Below are positions 38,706 through 48,366 of a stretch of DNA of 64,000 bases, piece after piece (position 1 is the stretch's first letter; every line of letters begins with the position of its first letter). Below the pieces are notes generated by a model that saw only the letters and a list, made by a program, of their open reading frames with translations, was not told the DNA's origin and searched no databases. The position numbers were made by a program, and so were the translations under genes. The stretch is from Candidatus Latescibacterota bacterium (GTDB lineage Bacteria; Latescibacterota; UBA2968; GCA-2709665), in contig OZ250150.1 of assembly GCA_965237675.1 (NCBI GenBank), positions 2,304,001 through 2,368,000 of the forward strand. Direction: 5' to 3'.

Positions 38706-39653
38706 CTATTCCTTTCTGCATTCCGCGATTTTCTCGAGGGTTTGGTCGTGCAGGGTCTGCGTCCGGCTGACCAGGACGTCGAAGACCGTCTCGTAATCTT
38801 CCGTGGGCCTGGGCACTTCGTTACCGTCGAAATCGGTGACGATCAGGCCGGCCTGTTCCGCGATCTGGATACCGGAAAAAACGTCGACGTAGGGCTGCTG
38901 CCTTGCAAAGTAGACGTCGATCTGCCCGGCCGCGGCCTCTGCAAAGGCGTACGGGCCGCCGTTGGGGTGGAGCATTTTGAATGCATCGATAACCGGCCTG
39001 TATTCATCGATGAGTGGCATGAGGAATTTGGCCGGTTTCAGGAGGTACGATTCGACACAGGCGTCATTGATGCCGGAGGCCGCCTCCCCGTGCCGTTGCC
39101 TACGATAGCTTTCATCCAGCCTCTCCACGCCCGTCAACCCGTTTCCGTCCAGCGTGGCCATAAAGGCGCCGTTTCCGTTGGCGAACGCCATGTCTTTGTT
39201 GAAGACGTCGCCGGTGATGGATACAAGAGGATTGAAGTTGGCATCGAAGAGCGCCAGGGAACTGTATTGCATGAACGGCAGCCCCCTCTTATACAACCAG
39301 CTGCCGTCGAAGGGATCGGAGACGCCATAGAGTTTATCTCCCTCTTTGCCGGCGGTCAGATCGACCATGCCCGCTTCTTCGGAAAGCAGCACAACCGGAT
39401 GGGTGCTCTCTTTCAGCCTTCCGATATAGGCCCCTTCAGCGGCTTCGTCCACACCGAAGATCTCGGCGTCCCAGTTCTTGTAATCCCCCTTGCGGGTGCG
39501 GATGACCATGGCGCCGCTGGCCTTGCCCTGCAAATCGTGCAGAATATCCAGGGTTTCCGCCACGATTGTCAGGCCGAGCGCCGTGAGGTCGTCTACATTA
39601 TCGGTTCTACTGAAGTTACCGATTCTGTTTTCGAAAACCTGATCGTCACCCAT
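38706..39653 (-). CDS. Inositol monophosphatase / FBPase-family protein
   Basis: LSEE, DPFDGS and AGLIVTDFDG motifs. ATG 39653 after aagga. Confidence 0.85.
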   Translation of the reverse strand: MGDDQVFENRIGNFSRTDNVDDLTALGLTIVAETLDILHDLQGKASGAMVIRTRKGDYKNWDAEIFGVDEAAEGAYIGRLKESTHPVVLLSEEAGMVDLTAGKEGDKLYGVSDPFDGSWLYKRGLPFMQYSSLALFDANFNPLVSITGDVFNKDMAFANGNGAFMATLDGNGLTGVERLDESYRRQRHGEAASGINDACVESYLLKPAKFLMPLIDEYRPVIDAFKMLHPNGGPYAFAEAAAGQIDVYFARQQPYVDVFSGIQIAEQAGLIVTDFDGNEVPRPTEDYETVFDVLVSRTQTLHDQTLEKIAECRKE

Positions 39654-39870
39654 TCGTGATTCCTTCCACGCAAAGTGAGTTAAATTTCTGTTTTTCAAAG
39701 ACTAATGTGACTCATGCAAAGGCAGGATCGAATAAATATTGAGTATACCATATTCCCTCGGTGATGTCAAGACAAAACATATTGCGGATCGGTTGGCCGC
39801 GTGTTATCGTTAGTCGAAAGCAGAGCCTGGAAAATCGCCGGTACGAAAGGTCACCCGCTCCGCGGGCGGC

Positions 39871-40077
39871 GACCTCTCCCCCCGGCCCCCTCTCCCGTGG
39901 GGAGAGGGGGAGCAGAACCAGTGGTTGGAACATTATAATGTTCTGCCTGGATTTTTTCATCAATCGAAATGTCTTCGACCGATGACAATTCCCCCCTTCC
40001 CTTCGGGAAGGGGGATAGGGGGTAGGTCTCGTCCCGTTCAAAACGCCTATGAGGACGATCACAAGGGTCGCCCCTAC
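39871..40077. repeat. Composite palindromic element copy 2 plus adjacent GTAG-type REP
   Basis: Matches the ends and core of 8600-8818. aggacgatcacaagggtcgcccctac at 40052-40077. Confidence 0.72.
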
Positions 40078-40354
40078 ATAACCAACGACGGCGCGGCGAG
40101 GGTTGGCAGCCCGCGCTTCCGGATGTAGCGACACATTCCGGGTAGCAGTTAGCCAAAAGAGCGGAACGATGCTAAACCATGTGGCGGTCCTTCCTTGTCG
40201 ACCGCACGTCCGTGGCGTTTGAGCGGCGCCGTGAAGGGGCAGGAACAGAAGGGGCGCAACGATGGCAGGATGCCCTCGGCCCCAGTTGAAGCAGGCAGGT
40301 TGAACCGGCGGTTGAATATTTCTGGAACAGGACAGTACATGCAAAGGAGAAATA

Positions 40355-41518
40355 ATGGTTCTTCGGGGTAAAATTGTGGGTACGGAAGCGCCCGTGTCAG
40401 TAACAATTGAAGCCGGACGGATCACAAGGATCGGAGAGGACGGCGCGCCGGCGATGGGGGGCGGCGACGTGTGGATTTCGGCGGGATTATTCGACGTGCA
40501 GGTCAACGGAGCCGGCGGGATCAACTACAGCTCCGGGGATCTGACGGTGGACAGGGTGCTGCAGGCCTGTGAATGGCCGTACCGGGCGGGGACGGCGCTG
40601 TTTTGCCCCACGGTAACGACCTCCCCGGCGGAACAGGCGATTGCGGGGTTGCGGACGCTTGCAAGGGCATGCGAGCAGTCCGATACCGCGAATGCGTCGT
40701 TTGTGGGCTTTCACGTGGAGGGACCTTACATCGCATCGGAGGACGGTCCGCGCGGGGCCCATCCCCTGGAGCATACGCGGGACCCCGACTGGGATGAGTT
40801 CTGCCGCTACCAGGAGGCGGCGAACGGCCGGATCAGGATTCTGACGCTGGCGCCCGAGCGGGCGGGCTCCCTTCCCTTCATAGAGAAGGCCTCCGAGGCC
40901 GGCGTGATCGTCTCCCTGGGACATACGGGGGCCAGCCGGGCCCGGATCCGGGAGGCGGTGGCGGCCGGAGCGCGGATGTCCACCCACCTGGGCAACGGAG
41001 CGCACGCCGAGATTCCCCGCCACGACAACTATATCTGGGAGCAGCTTGCCGCCGACGAACTCTGGGCGGGGATCATACCCGACGGGCATCATCTGCCGCC
41101 GCCGGTGTTGAAGAGCTTCTATCGGACCAAGCAGAAAGAGCGGATCTGCCTGGTGAGCGACGTGTCGTCCATTGCCGGGCTGCCGCCCGGCATTTACGGC
41201 CGGAGCTACGGAAACGACGAGGTGGAGATTCACGAGAGCGGGAAGATCTCCCTGGCAGGCACGCCGTATCTGGCGGGCGCGTCGCTCTTTCTGGATCACG
41301 GGATTCCCAACACGGTCGCCTACACCGATGCCACGTTGGCCGATGCGGTCGACATGGCAACGATCAACCCGGCGCGGCTGCTGAGCGTGGACGGCAGGCT
41401 GGGCCGCGTGGCGCCCGGAATGGACGCGAGCCTGACGCTGTTCCGGTGGGCGGAGGGACAGCCCGAGCTATCCATCGTGGCGACAATCGTACGGGGGGAG
41501 ATTGTCCACAAGGCATAA
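40355..41518 (+). CDS. nagA: N-acetylglucosamine-6-phosphate deacetylase family
   Basis: DVQVNG, HVEGPY, GAH, TLAPE, LGHT, THLGN, DGHH and NPA motifs. Confidence 0.88.
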   Translation: MVLRGKIVGTEAPVSVTIEAGRITRIGEDGAPAMGGGDVWISAGLFDVQVNGAGGINYSSGDLTVDRVLQACEWPYRAGTALFCPTVTTSPAEQAIAGLRTLARACEQSDTANASFVGFHVEGPYIASEDGPRGAHPLEHTRDPDWDEFCRYQEAANGRIRILTLAPERAGSLPFIEKASEAGVIVSLGHTGASRARIREAVAAGARMSTHLGNGAHAEIPRHDNYIWEQLAADELWAGIIPDGHHLPPPVLKSFYRTKQKERICLVSDVSSIAGLPPGIYGRSYGNDEVEIHESGKISLAGTPYLAGASLFLDHGIPNTVAYTDATLADAVDMATINPARLLSVDGRLGRVAPGMDASLTLFRWAEGQPELSIVATIVRGEIVHKA

Positions 41519-41599
41519 ACTCCGGGCGTCGGAAGAGCGGCTTCCGGCCGCCTGCTTCCAACGCTGTGTATTGCCGATGTAGATTGAGAGGTCCGATCT

Positions 41600-43762
41600 A
41601 TGGAGCGGCTCCAGGGCATTGTGGAGCGGATTACGTTTCAGAGTGAAGAAAGCGGCTACACGGTTGCAAAGCTGCAGCCCGAAGGTTCGGGTGAGGAGGT
41701 CACCGTGGTGGGCACGACGCTTTCGCTGACCGCGGGGGAGTGCGTGGCCCTGGACGGCGAATGGACGGACCACGCCCGTTACGGCCGCCAGTTCAAAATC
41801 GAATCCTACGAAAAGGTATATCCGTCCACAATTCAGGGTATGCGAAAGTACCTGGGTTCGGGGCTGATCAAAGGAATCGGGCCGGTGATGGCCGGACGAA
41901 TCGTGGATCATTTCGGCAAGAAAACGCTGGAAGTGATTGAGAAGGCCTCGAAACGGCTTGTTGAGGTGGAGGGACTGGGCAGGAAGCGCGCGAGGATGAT
42001 TGAGGAAGCATGGAAGGAGCAGCGGGAGATCCACAATGTGATGCTGTTTCTGCAGTCGCACGACGTGGGCACGGGTTTTGCCGTGAAGATCTGGAAGCGG
42101 TACGGGCAGGACGCGGTTTCACTGATCCAGGAGAATCCGTACCGCTTGTCTCGCGACGTCTGGGGCATCGGATTCGCCACCGCCGACCGGATCGCTCAGA
42201 GACTGGGCGTGGAACCCCACTCGGAGCAACGGGTCCTCGCGGGTATCCGCTATGTGCTGGACACCGCGGCGCAATCCGACGGGCACGTCTATCTGCCGGT
42301 GATGGAGTTGATGGATCGGTGCGCGGAGACGCTGGAAGTGTCGCACGAATTGATCGCCCCGTGTATTGACCTGCTACGCGAAACCGAGGAGGTGGTTGTC
42401 GAGGAGGATCGGATCTACATTCCATCCCTTTACTATGCCGAGAAGGGCGTGGCGACGCGCGTCCATCAGTTCTCCAGCATCCGGCGCGTCGAAACGCGCG
42501 ATATCGATGCGGAGATCGCGGCTATCGAGCAACGGGACGGGGTGCGATTCGCCGCGCTGCAGAAGGTTGCACTGGAGAAGGCCCTCTCCCACAACCTGCT
42601 GGTACTTACCGGCGGACCGGGGACTGGCAAGACGACGACCATCAAGGGAATGATCGCGCTCCTGGAGGCGCGGGGCAAGGACGTCGCGCTGGCCGCGCCC
42701 ACCGGCCGGGCCGCAAAACGGATGTCGGAAGCCACGGGCAGGCAGGCCAAGACCATCCACAGGCTGCTCAGGTTCAGTCCCGGTGAGAGGAAATTCGAGA
42801 AGAATTTCGACAATCCGCTGACGTGCGACGCGATTATTGTCGACGAAGTCTCGATGGTGGACGTGGGTTTGATGAACAGTTTGTTGCGGGCGGTCCCGGT
42901 GAGTGCCTCGGTGGTTCTGGTAGGAGACGTGGACCAGTTGCCATCGGTGGGGCCGGGGAATGTATTGAAGGATATCATCGGCTCCGGGGAGGCGGCCGTG
43001 GTGGCGCTCAACGAGATTTTCCGGCAGGCGAGGGAGAGCCGGATTGTGATGAACGCGCACCGGATCCTGGCCGGCGAACTTCCTGAATTGGACAACAGCC
43101 GGGGTTCGGATTTCTTTTTCTCGCAGGTGGAGGATCCGGAGGAGGTGGCGGAGACGGTTTGCGGACTTTGCAAGGACCGGCTCCCTCGCGCCTACGGGGT
43201 GGACGCGATTGACGATATTCAGGTGATGGCGCCGATGTACCGGGGGGAGACCGGTGCGACGAATCTGAATCGCGTGCTCCAGGAGTGCCTGAATCCGGAT
43301 GGTCAGGAGATAATGCGGGGCGGTATCCGGTTCCGGGTGGGCGATAAGGTGATGCAGGTGCGCAACAATTACGATAAAGACGCGTTCAACGGGGATATCG
43401 GGCGGGTTGTCGGGATCGATTCGACGAACCAGGCCCTGGCGGTGAAGTACCCGGAGCGGACCGTGGGTTATCAATTCACCGAGCTGGAGGAGATTATGCC
43501 GGCCTACGCCACCAGTGTGCACAAGAGCCAGGGGTCGGAGTATCCCGTGGTGGTGCTGCCGCTGACCACCCAGCATTATATGATGCTCCAGCGAAATCTG
43601 CTCTACACGGCCGTGACAAGAGCCCGGGATCTGGTCGTGATCGTCGGTACGCGGAAAGCCCTGGCGATCGCCATCAAAAACAACCGGGTAGCGGATCGAT
43701 ACACGTCGCTGCCCCAACGCATCCGGGCGGGGCCGGGAGACTCAGTGGCGCCAGCCGACTGA
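41600..43762 (+). CDS. recD2: ATP-dependent RecD2 helicase
   Basis: YGRQF, HhH repeats, TGGPGTGKTT, APTGRAAKR, VDEVSM, GDVDQL and HKSQGSE motifs. Confidence 0.95.
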   Translation: MERLQGIVERITFQSEESGYTVAKLQPEGSGEEVTVVGTTLSLTAGECVALDGEWTDHARYGRQFKIESYEKVYPSTIQGMRKYLGSGLIKGIGPVMAGRIVDHFGKKTLEVIEKASKRLVEVEGLGRKRARMIEEAWKEQREIHNVMLFLQSHDVGTGFAVKIWKRYGQDAVSLIQENPYRLSRDVWGIGFATADRIAQRLGVEPHSEQRVLAGIRYVLDTAAQSDGHVYLPVMELMDRCAETLEVSHELIAPCIDLLRETEEVVVEEDRIYIPSLYYAEKGVATRVHQFSSIRRVETRDIDAEIAAIEQRDGVRFAALQKVALEKALSHNLLVLTGGPGTGKTTTIKGMIALLEARGKDVALAAPTGRAAKRMSEATGRQAKTIHRLLRFSPGERKFEKNFDNPLTCDAIIVDEVSMVDVGLMNSLLRAVPVSASVVLVGDVDQLPSVGPGNVLKDIIGSGEAAVVALNEIFRQARESRIVMNAHRILAGELPELDNSRGSDFFFSQVEDPEEVAETVCGLCKDRLPRAYGVDAIDDIQVMAPMYRGETGATNLNRVLQECLNPDGQEIMRGGIRFRVGDKVMQVRNNYDKDAFNGDIGRVVGIDSTNQALAVKYPERTVGYQFTELEEIMPAYATSVHKSQGSEYPVVVLPLTTQHYMMLQRNLLYTAVTRARDLVVIVGTRKALAIAIKNNRVADRYTSLPQRIRAGPGDSVAPAD

Positions 43763-43846
43763 AACCGGCGGGGCCATCGCGAATTCGGATCGTTTGTTCC
43801 AGTACTCCCGAAGCCAGCCTGTTTTGGCTTCTCTATCCAAACCACA

Positions 43847-43879
43847 CCCGTTGTAGGGGCAACCCTCGTGGTTGCCCTT
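43847..43879. repeat. GTAG-type REP palindrome
   Basis: 33-bp exact reverse complement of 13603-13635. Confidence 0.8.
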
Positions 43880-44354
43880 GTTCGGTCACCCGCCCACCTC
43901 TCTACATTCCTGATGACAGCCGTCGTCAGGCGGCTTTAGTCCTTCCCGCATTCAGCATTTTGCCGGCGTCTGCCTCCGCATCCCGCATGGCCTGGTCCAG
44001 GCCTTCCGACGTCACCTCGCATCGGGGTTGGAGGTAGACGAACACCACTTCCTTGACAACCTTATCCCGCGACTCTGGCTCGAAGTCGAGACTCTGGTTG
44101 ATGCGGACGCTGGCCTTGGTTAAAGGGGACGATTGCTTCAGACGCCCCGGACTCTTCAGGCTTCAAGTAGCAGACTGCGTGCGAAACGGCAATTTTCCGA
44201 CCGGTGACCGGGTCATTCAGTCGTCCAAGGCGTTGAATTTCACGATGGAGACATCAGCGTCGCCGCTTAATGGCAGAGGATGTGCTCTCCGCCATCCTCA
44301 ACATTTGACAAACAAGGTCTTGTTCTGAAGACGCGCGCCAATACACGTACCCTT

Positions 44355-46851
44355 ATGCTCGGAGTCGCCTTCCTGCTGTTCATTACCCCGCGGTCGCCAT
44401 CGTCGCAACCGAACGGCTTTTCGCTGGCTCTGGATCTGGATGGATCCCCGGACAACCAGGCCGTATCCTCGCTTGATGTGCTCCCGGGACAGGTGCTGTC
44501 TGTGCAGATCTTCGGCGTGGATATGCAGAATGCCAACGGTATTTCTCTCCGTCTCGAATACGACGCCACGCAGGTTGCGTACGCCGGCTTCGACACGGGG
44601 AGCATCTTGCCGAATGCCCATACGCTTGTCGTACAGGATTCGGCTTCGGTCCGGATCGAGGTTTTGTCGCTTACGGGTTCTGCGACGACGAACGCGGGTC
44701 TGGTGGGCACAATTCGTTTTCGCACGACGGCAGGCTTTTCGGACACGGAGATCTGGCTGGCGAGGGCCAACCTGACGCGTGGCGGCCGTTCCGAGACGGT
44801 ATCGCCGGTCCTCGGCGTTGCCCTGCAGGCACCTGCGCTTCCCTCTCCGGACTTCAACGGCAGCGGTGTCGTCGATTTTGCGGACTTCGTACTGTTTCGG
44901 GGGTCTTCGGGTATCGGGAGGGCGATGAGGCGTTCGATGCCAGGTACGATCTGAACATCGACAACGGAATCGGGTTCGAAGATTTCATGATTTTCGCCAG
45001 AAGCTTTGGCGAGGCGGTCAACCGCGCGCCGGTCTTCGCCGCAACGGCGCCTGTGACGCGCTCCGTGTTGGAGAACGCGTCAGGGGGTCAGCCCGTCGGT
45101 GATCCCATTTCCGCCACGGATGCGGACGGCGATGCCCTCAACTACCGGTTGTGGGGCTGGCATGCCGCGAGTTTCGCCATTGATGCGAGTACCGGTCAGC
45201 TACGGACAAGGGATGGGATCGCGTACGATCATGAAGCGAAGGACACGTATACGGTAACTGTACGTGCCAGAGACGGCCAGGGCGGCCGCGCCAGTCTGGG
45301 TGTCAATATCGCCGTCACCGACGTGGACGAACCGCCGGTCGCGCCGCCGCAGCAGTACGTGGTGGTGTACGGCGACGGCGGTGTGACGATCCGCTGGAAT
45401 GCATCGACGGACGAGGCCGGGAAGCCCCCGGTGAGTGGATACGAATTGCAGCGACGTGAAGTGGATAGCGATGAATGGCAGGAAGTGCAGATCCTGGAAA
45501 GCCCCTCGGATACCAGTCTCACCCTCACGGATCTGACCAGCGACGAGACGTATCTGGTGCGTGTGAGGACGCTTAACGAGGATGGTACGAGCGAATGGTC
45601 GGCGCCCATCGTCGTGACGGCGCCGACCTCCGTCCTCCACCGACTCAGCCGCCGTCGCCGCCCCCAGCGGTTTTCAACAATGTCTGCAACCGCACAGCGC
45701 AGGTGCGTGACGCAATCGTCTCGGCAGCTGGAGTAAACACTTGCGGCGAGGTCACGCGGGAACACCTGTCGGCGATCACAGAACTCCAATTGGTCGGAAA
45801 GAAACTCTCGGTGCTGCAGGCCGGCGATTTTTCCGGCCTGTCAGCGCTGCAAACGCTCAACTTGAACTACAACGGCATCGGCAGCCTGCCGACGAATATC
45901 TTTTCCGAACTGTCGGCACTGAAAATGCTCCATCTGAGTGACAACGGCATCAGCAGCATGGACGCGAGACTCTTCTCGAATCTGTCATCACTGGAATGGC
46001 TCAATCTGTCAGGCAACGACACGGCCAACCTGGATGCGGATTTCTTCTCTCACATCCCGGCGCTGACAAGACTCTGGATGGATCGTACCAGACTCAACAG
46101 TCCCGATACGAAACTCTTCTCCAGCCTTTCGCGGTTGAGGCAGCTTACCCTGAGTGGCAACGGAATCAGCAGCCTTGATCCGAGCCTATTCTCCGGCCTG
46201 TCGGCGCTGGAAACACTCTGGCTGCGGGACAACAACCTTACCGTCCTGCCGGCGAATCTCTTCTCAAGCCTCTCAGCTCTGAGAAAGCTCGAAATCAACA
46301 ACAACGAACTCGTCGGCGTGAACGTGGCCGCTTTTTCGGGTCTGGCGGCACTGGAGGAACTTTGGCTGGGTCAGAACAAGCTACATTCAAGCTCCCTGCC
46401 GGCAGGTGTATTCGCGAGCCTGGCAAGGCTCAGGACGCTAGAGTTAAGGAGAAACCAGATCAACAGCCTGCCTGCGGGGATATTCCCCGGACTGACCTCG
46501 CTGACGGAGCTTGACGTTTCCGGCAATCCAACCGACCCCCTGCCCATTACTGTTTCTCTGGAATTGACATCGGCCGGGCAATTCAGGGCCAGTGCGCACT
46601 CCGGCGCGCCCTTCGAGATGACTCTGTCACTCCAGGTGGTCAACGGAACAGTCAGTGGCGGCGCAACCAGCATCGTAATTCCCGCGGGCAGGATCGATAG
46701 CGACGTCCTCACGATAACTCGCACAGCCGGCACCACCGCTGCTGTCACCGTTGACATCGTATCGTTGCCGGCACTGCCGGCAAATTACAGCGGCTTGACG
46801 CTCGCCAGGTCCACCGATCTGCCGCTGCATGTTATCGCCCCGTCGCAATAG
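44355..46851 (+). pseudogene. Secreted cohesin-like/dockerin/cadherin/FN3/LRR protein, copy 1 (two frameshifts)
   Basis: ORFs 44280-44954, 44987-45736 and 45595-46851 join by comparison with copy 2. Shifts near 44900 and 45630. About 11 LRRs of 24 aa. Confidence 0.8.
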
Positions 46852-46981
46852 GCGACACAACACGCTACTGCACGATCCCTGTTGTCGGCCAACAAGAATG
46901 CTCATTGGGTGTACTGACAAGGACGTCGTGGCAGAAGACAATCCCTTATCAAATTAAATTCCTGATATTTATGGTGTTGCA

Positions 46982-47020
46982 GAACAAAAGGGGCGGATAT
47001 GAGATCCGCCCCTTTTGTTC
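46982..47020. terminator. Bidirectional intrinsic terminator
   Basis: Perfect 17-bp stem gaacaaaaggggcggat / atccgccccttttgttc between convergent genes. Confidence 0.85.
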
Positions 47021-47186
47021 GTCCAGAAAATGTTGGATTTCGGCTTCGGCGATGAGGCCCGGGCGTAGGATATTTGGATTGCGGCCGGGTCGCCGGCGAG
47101 GGCAGGACCTGCCTGCAGCGCAGGGCACTGCGCAGGCAGGTGCCCTCGATCCGGCAGGTTGCCCTCCTTCTTGGTTGAGGGACCGG

Positions 47187-48269
47187 TCACACACGATACA
47201 TCCGGTAGGGCGTATCGCACGGCTTGCCCCATGCCGTAAGCAGCGCACGCTCTCTGCAAATCGCGACCGTTGAAATCGTCGTACTCATTCTATTAACATC
47301 GCTGTACTGGCAGATCGCCCCCTGCCGGGCGCGGTGGCGGAGGACCTCCTCCATCTGCTCGAAGCGCAACCTGCCGTTCCCGTCCGGCTCGATCCCGGTC
47401 AGAAACCCTTGCCGCGCCCTCGAATTGTCCAGGACCCATTCCTGGCTGTCGGACCCGTGCCGCAGCTTCCCGGAAGCATAGAAATTCGTCGTAAACAGAT
47501 GGCTGTGTCCGTTCAGCCGTTCTACCGCCTTTCCCTCTGCCGACAGTTCGAATACCGCAGCGTCCCCGGCTTCATCCACGACGATGAGGTTCACCCCCGC
47601 GCCCACAAAAGGATGCGCCTCCACAAGATTGACGGCCTCCACCACGGTCGCACACCGTTCCAGCAACAGCCTGCCCAGGAATCCGTCCGTCAGCCCGGGC
47701 TCGAAGTCCACGACCTTGCCGCTCACCGAAGACCCGCCCAGGGCGAGCCCCTTCTCGTTGACCCCCACGTGTCTCCACACCGTCCCCATATGCGTTAATC
47801 CAAGCGAAGCCAGCCCGGTTGAAGGTCGCCAGCACAGCATCGGCACAAAGCGGATGAGAGACGTCTCGGGGTCTCCACAGTCCGTATTCTTTCCCAGAAG
47901 AGGCCCCCGGTCGCTGTTCGGAAACCCGATGCTTGTGCAATGCGTAGCTTCACGTACGGACGCTTCCGCGGAAAGCGTCGTTCCGATACAACTGCACAGA
48001 TTGTGCTTGAAGACATCGTCGAAAGGAACGCCGGAACCCTGGGCGATCCCGGCCATCTCTTCAATCAGCGTCGGTGCGTGATCCCTCAAATAGCCCTCCA
48101 TTCCCTCCTTGATATCCTCAACCCGCGCCGGATCGTGTTTCTTCAGATAGATCTCGGCATACCGCGCCACAATTCGGCTGAACCCGGTCTTGATCAATTC
48201 GCCGTATCTCACGCCGATTTCAAAAGGACTGCCCCCGATCTCCCTGACCTTATAACAAACCGGATTCAT
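47187..48269 (-). CDS. C45-family Ntn hydrolase
   Basis: GSPFEIG..YG, EEMAGIA, HCTSIG, GKNTD, GVNEKGL and TTNFY motifs. ATG after ggagg. Confidence 0.85.
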   Translation of the reverse strand: MNPVCYKVREIGGSPFEIGVRYGELIKTGFSRIVARYAEIYLKKHDPARVEDIKEGMEGYLRDHAPTLIEEMAGIAQGSGVPFDDVFKHNLCSCIGTTLSAEASVREATHCTSIGFPNSDRGPLLGKNTDCGDPETSLIRFVPMLCWRPSTGLASLGLTHMGTVWRHVGVNEKGLALGGSSVSGKVVDFEPGLTDGFLGRLLLERCATVVEAVNLVEAHPFVGAGVNLIVVDEAGDAAVFELSAEGKAVERLNGHSHLFTTNFYASGKLRHGSDSQEWVLDNSRARQGFLTGIEPDGNGRLRFEQMEEVLRHRARQGAICQYSDVNRMSTTISTVAICRERALLTAWGKPCDTPYRMYRV

Positions 48270-48366
48270 CTCATCCTCCCTGTTGTCCTCAAACCCACTG
48301 ATGTACCCTGTGCTCCTGCCCCGGAAGCCGGGCCATGTCCACCAAAATCGTTGCGACCACCGTGAA

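Larger units (their letters stand above)
43960..47110 (+). repeat. Duplicated block copy 1 (paralogous to about 50490-53940)
   Basis: Near-identical about 0.55 kb at the 5' end (44025-44535 vs 50548-51059). Conserved cadherin/FN3 and C-terminal segments and the same terminator. Divergent LRR core. Confidence 0.9.

Noticed and set aside
44053-44328. Identical 76-91 aa ORFs in both duplicated blocks (also 50622-50852)
   Set aside because: The identity reflects DNA duplication. They overlap opposite-strand relics and the upstream region of the LRR genes.
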